Source of the DNA: Monocercomonoides exilis PA203
Lineage: Eukaryota > Protista > Preaxostyla
Assembly: GCA_001643675.2 (NCBI GenBank)
Contig: LSRY02000017.1
Location: forward strand, 930,001 to 994,000
Direction: 5' to 3'
Length of the DNA stretch: 64,000 nucleotides
Under the pieces are notes generated by a model that saw only the letters and a program-made list of their open reading frames with translations, did no database searches and had not been told where the DNA came from. A program made the translations under genes and the position numbers. Every line of letters begins with the position of its first letter. Position 1 is the stretch's first letter. Of this stretch, positions 63,101 through 64,000 are shown piece after piece.

Positions 63101-64000
63101 ATGCCATTTCTGAATCCTGATACGACAAAAATTCCTGTAATAAATGAAGAAGCACTGATCTTGACTCGGAAAGCGAATACTCCTCGCAAAGAAGCAAGCG
63201 AATTACAAATTGAAAATGAAGAGCTGTTGAGCGATGCTGAAAATTGTGATGAAAGAAGTGTTTTTGACAAAGATGATGCTGCAGACGATGAATATGACAC
63301 AACTGATAAAAGAAATACAGAAAAAGCTGGATTGACTTTTCGAAATGAATGCACAATGAAAGAAAATCCGCAAGCTCAATCAATTGGCATGGTGAGAGAA
63401 ACATTCATGCAAAACGAAAAGGTGCAATTAAAACCCGGAATCGTTCTAAGTACTTTGGTGGACCATCTCACAACCACACCTGTTCCATCTCCTGTTCCTG
63501 TGCCTATTGCTTCGCCAGCTCAATCATTTACCTCCATTTTACTTCCATTGGAATCTACTGCATCATCTTCATCTGTGCTATCATATAACATGCAGCTACC
63601 GCATTCTATTGATTCAAAGGGTTTACAGCTTCAATCATCGTTTTCTCATATCGTTGAAAGAGCCGTGAAAAGTCTTCAGCAGCCATTAGATGATTCTTTA
63701 ATTGATTTTGAGTCATTTGAAAAGAATCTAGAAAAAGAAAGTGGCAACACGAAATTCGAAAAAATGCATTTACAACCTTCATTTGTGGAAGGTTCAACTC
63801 CAATCACGATCGCACAGAATGCAAACCTTGGACCAATTGAACAAGATATAAAGCAAACAAATAATATATCAGAAGATAAAAGTGTTTCCAATGTTTTATC
63901 AAGCAAACTTTCCCATCCATTGTGTGACAAAAAAGTTTCATTTCAATTAGAGGCTCAACCAGAAGCAATTCCAGATACCCAGTCATTTTATACAACAGAA
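57143..64000 (+). CDS. Fab1/PIKfyve-like PI3P 5-kinase, N-terminal >2286 codons; kinase domain expected beyond the window
   Basis: An apparently unbroken frame from ATG 57143 to the window end (spot-checked; absent from the ORF track because it has no stop). CCT/TCP-1-like block: SFVIKGLIVRG..SPRILLVSFPLD...ILKLKINVIATNSSI...ILENKGISIVK...MERLSYCLNIPIAS...HVAWCDSW. Later ECDHSSFLNTTICFSYRDSVIAFEISP resembles the Fab1 conserved Cys/His region. The kinase domain itself is not visible. Confidence 0.65.
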   Translation, partial: MESGFSNVEEFFTIVSLLDEQFYNQFKQNIEDVPSYLNFTLPNKILRTLNLIIPCENSHLHGLQQLLFHTLFREHLYRTILFFVKYVNLNEKWALIIYKCVLEAKDIEDKNFKNYEHPLYSNLFQVRTSMLPLTLVRFFDKQWKLCERESFVIKGLIVRGRLLTNATKSSGISPRILLVSFPLDSSLALQVKDLQFSSLITQSEDSKNSLNTFKLKVQSFFSPFTKKEKSYHPKSDLMDLEETIHLEEQGKDFVLKQILKLKINVIATNSSICMSLCEILENKGISIVKIDNKKEMERLSYCLNIPIASTFSDLEEGHVAWCDSWSILRQDDETTKKEVETKNGIENDTSEFVHGISAADIRATEEKEGLSNNELCDEYFYDYRFRCINNIADNKTSTKHILQNEKNHSEEANLYNESKFTLSISDFTNSFSSNSRSQFFPPQHFHQPSCLSSTLHSEIYLSLLSRLVPFSGANLTRSINRISQSIAVGNFSSSATSQLHCISSAKSAPSFLASFSHAEQTPDDSSFPLKNRTKEDSRSLQGTSPHSSSCFPSDYFPVKSYPQSFVFFSTKSFPRISTIVLQDPSTTQSSDPSSSPSSSASDSAFSSTLTSHESSHNELLIAARITSFALSFCQTLDYLELCSQTLSLDPSSFVAIDEMNEKTQASFNTSNANKASNHEKDDIKWRFLQLMTRSSHRVIDLYLIYQLSLHLNTFRSLLSPLLNSLSDMWFFLKIGEQTTSDCEEAKVMLPESVRLTPGFLLSSSSLIPMPSISPLNKEGLSFISPSSSVVASTTNSFGYFDRFPSPSPPFCSPISVSPFPSSLSLPVYSLLSSGFLSLSSLPAWLRLNVAMTLFHIKQVVTLLKNRFLHRKESERKETNEKSKGREDIHWLKQIIIDSQKYSYGFFQQKQHKKNWNKRVNKETIHSSSYLQAQPTNTYNFNSKETASSVGDNFASNLVNSTDLKSQVHSLLFPLLPNQTICVSSEHLIPSNSLKRQLGYENIFLRSFPIPVNLSRLRIDQAKCTQQNQSKFGIVESSELLTVPSTTAELANSSKSTTEKYPLKQSNNSFSSLFPFGIDPYTPLLYTYSFSSRVISQGTFCTLPVTQSFSLLSSSSSTTLGNYLLTRLSKHILCQSCNALMQDHLDSFETEGFRVDVAVEKLSSAQIHWKNHSKRERKSEMKKDKEVEDTKKDESDKKFCHNEKDNKKHSDTEDIEVNANSISANDTPPSSKSPNITNTHFSSSSSTSSTNVGSTQIDFEDDSYITIFNRCRVCRKQITPQKRVPGKLLQMPLSLFIFMLAQNGEKRNKVSPYEFKYGHNIKRLIRKEKELEREREKEKEQETPPQKDIEIDNATSNLDISKEREEIKNKEAKDDFAGVSTYKENEVELQKHSESFSSTQKLSQSFLKYSPSVLHSMQHAEFDQDFCFSSFIPSSSSVALPLPTTFFFGEGENDSENKEWEWIPLPVCLCDTQMESVLPSSFSHQSSCPISTSRNANFHCYPYIPKSPNDNVREDNEESFKQHENHLKDESLKQLEELQSHPRMAIGCPLWRNASLTENSKKSQTYSSLNFDGYSSGAFSSSSFSEIIECDHSSFLNTTICFSYRDSVIAFEISPFFPSSLISPLPTLPLPQGHLKHFFESQQKTVWGVGMNVFRQCRMVLLNVVPIPGSVGEVASGLLAKLNEEEREVMSDVEMLEWNEENHETHINRVSENCTVGDDKYAQAKHKGHMHSISSIQMHSSNNSILMLKLLVLKAKVLHLYARWAHRLHSLKSILQKYISHTEKSTPHRTPSPTVPSSLTSSPSASSLTSQSSNEITKSSSVKGFRTSRSFSSDLFAVPSTSSSLSLKSQKQISKEKGKKDKTKRGKERREKKGSSLEKNRRKSSLDLSKKVDQSSSVAATSHHSTTSRVVSFLIGSKGSDERKESKSFQNQVIHSKSNDMNENDSVNTLNHNKDKAHISNSTSISVKNSLTDNSNIDQILSADLADMPFLNPDTTKIPVINEEALILTRKANTPRKEASELQIENEELLSDAENCDERSVFDKDDAADDEYDTTDKRNTEKAGLTFRNECTMKENPQAQSIGMVRETFMQNEKVQLKPGIVLSTLVDHLTTTPVPSPVPVPIASPAQSFTSILLPLESTASSSSVLSYNMQLPHSIDSKGLQLQSSFSHIVERAVKSLQQPLDDSLIDFESFEKNLEKESGNTKFEKMHLQPSFVEGSTPITIAQNANLGPIEQDIKQTNNISEDKSVSNVLSSKLSHPLCDKKVSFQLEAQPEAIPDTQSFYTTE

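Noticed and set aside
40930-64000. Apparent functional cluster of endomembrane and ciliary genes (MPR, DHHC, NPHP1, Fab1, plus DENN)
   Set aside because: Mixed orientations, unrelated genes interspersed, and trafficking genes are abundant in eukaryotes. No evidence of a co-regulated cluster.

Overview
Eukaryotic, AT-rich, gene-dense genomic DNA with short spliceosomal introns and the standard genetic code. Three features suggest an oxymonad (Monocercomonoides-like metamonad): proteins bloated by poly-Ser and Glu/Lys/Arg tracts, GTTTG/GTATG intron donors, and a member of the large oxymonad beta-helix-like surface-receptor family. This taxon call is inference from remembered sequence style. I hand-assembled 14 protein genes. 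In order: DENN-domain Rab GEF (runs off the left edge), TMEM62-like metallophosphoesterase, CK1 with a giant tail, GTDC1/QTMAN glycosyltransferase, Cys/Asn-rich secreted protein, acidic hypothetical protein, Glu-Pro repeat secreted protein, CUE + SP-RING protein, two-domain FtsX-like permease, CD-MPR/ATG27-like receptor, DHHC palmitoyltransferase, beta-helix-like type I membrane protein, NPHP1, and a hypothetical protein. A fifteenth, Fab1/PIKfyve-like ORF runs off the right edge. Most short ORFs in the supplied track are shadows of low-complexity coding repeats. No transposase, CRISPR array, tRNA or rRNA was seen. Best leads: (1) a SUMO-ligase-like protein with a ubiquitin-binding CUE domain in place of SAP, plus three SIMs; (2) a 3 kb ORF-free gap holding a perfect C/D'/C'/D snoRNA-like element, an H/ACA-like hairpin and a duplicated bipartite motif; (3) a strong +4U splice-donor bias, one GC-AG intron and two stop-free 3n introns; (4) two candidate coat or cyst-wall proteins. 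I cannot claim a confirmed novel multi-gene system from sequence alone.
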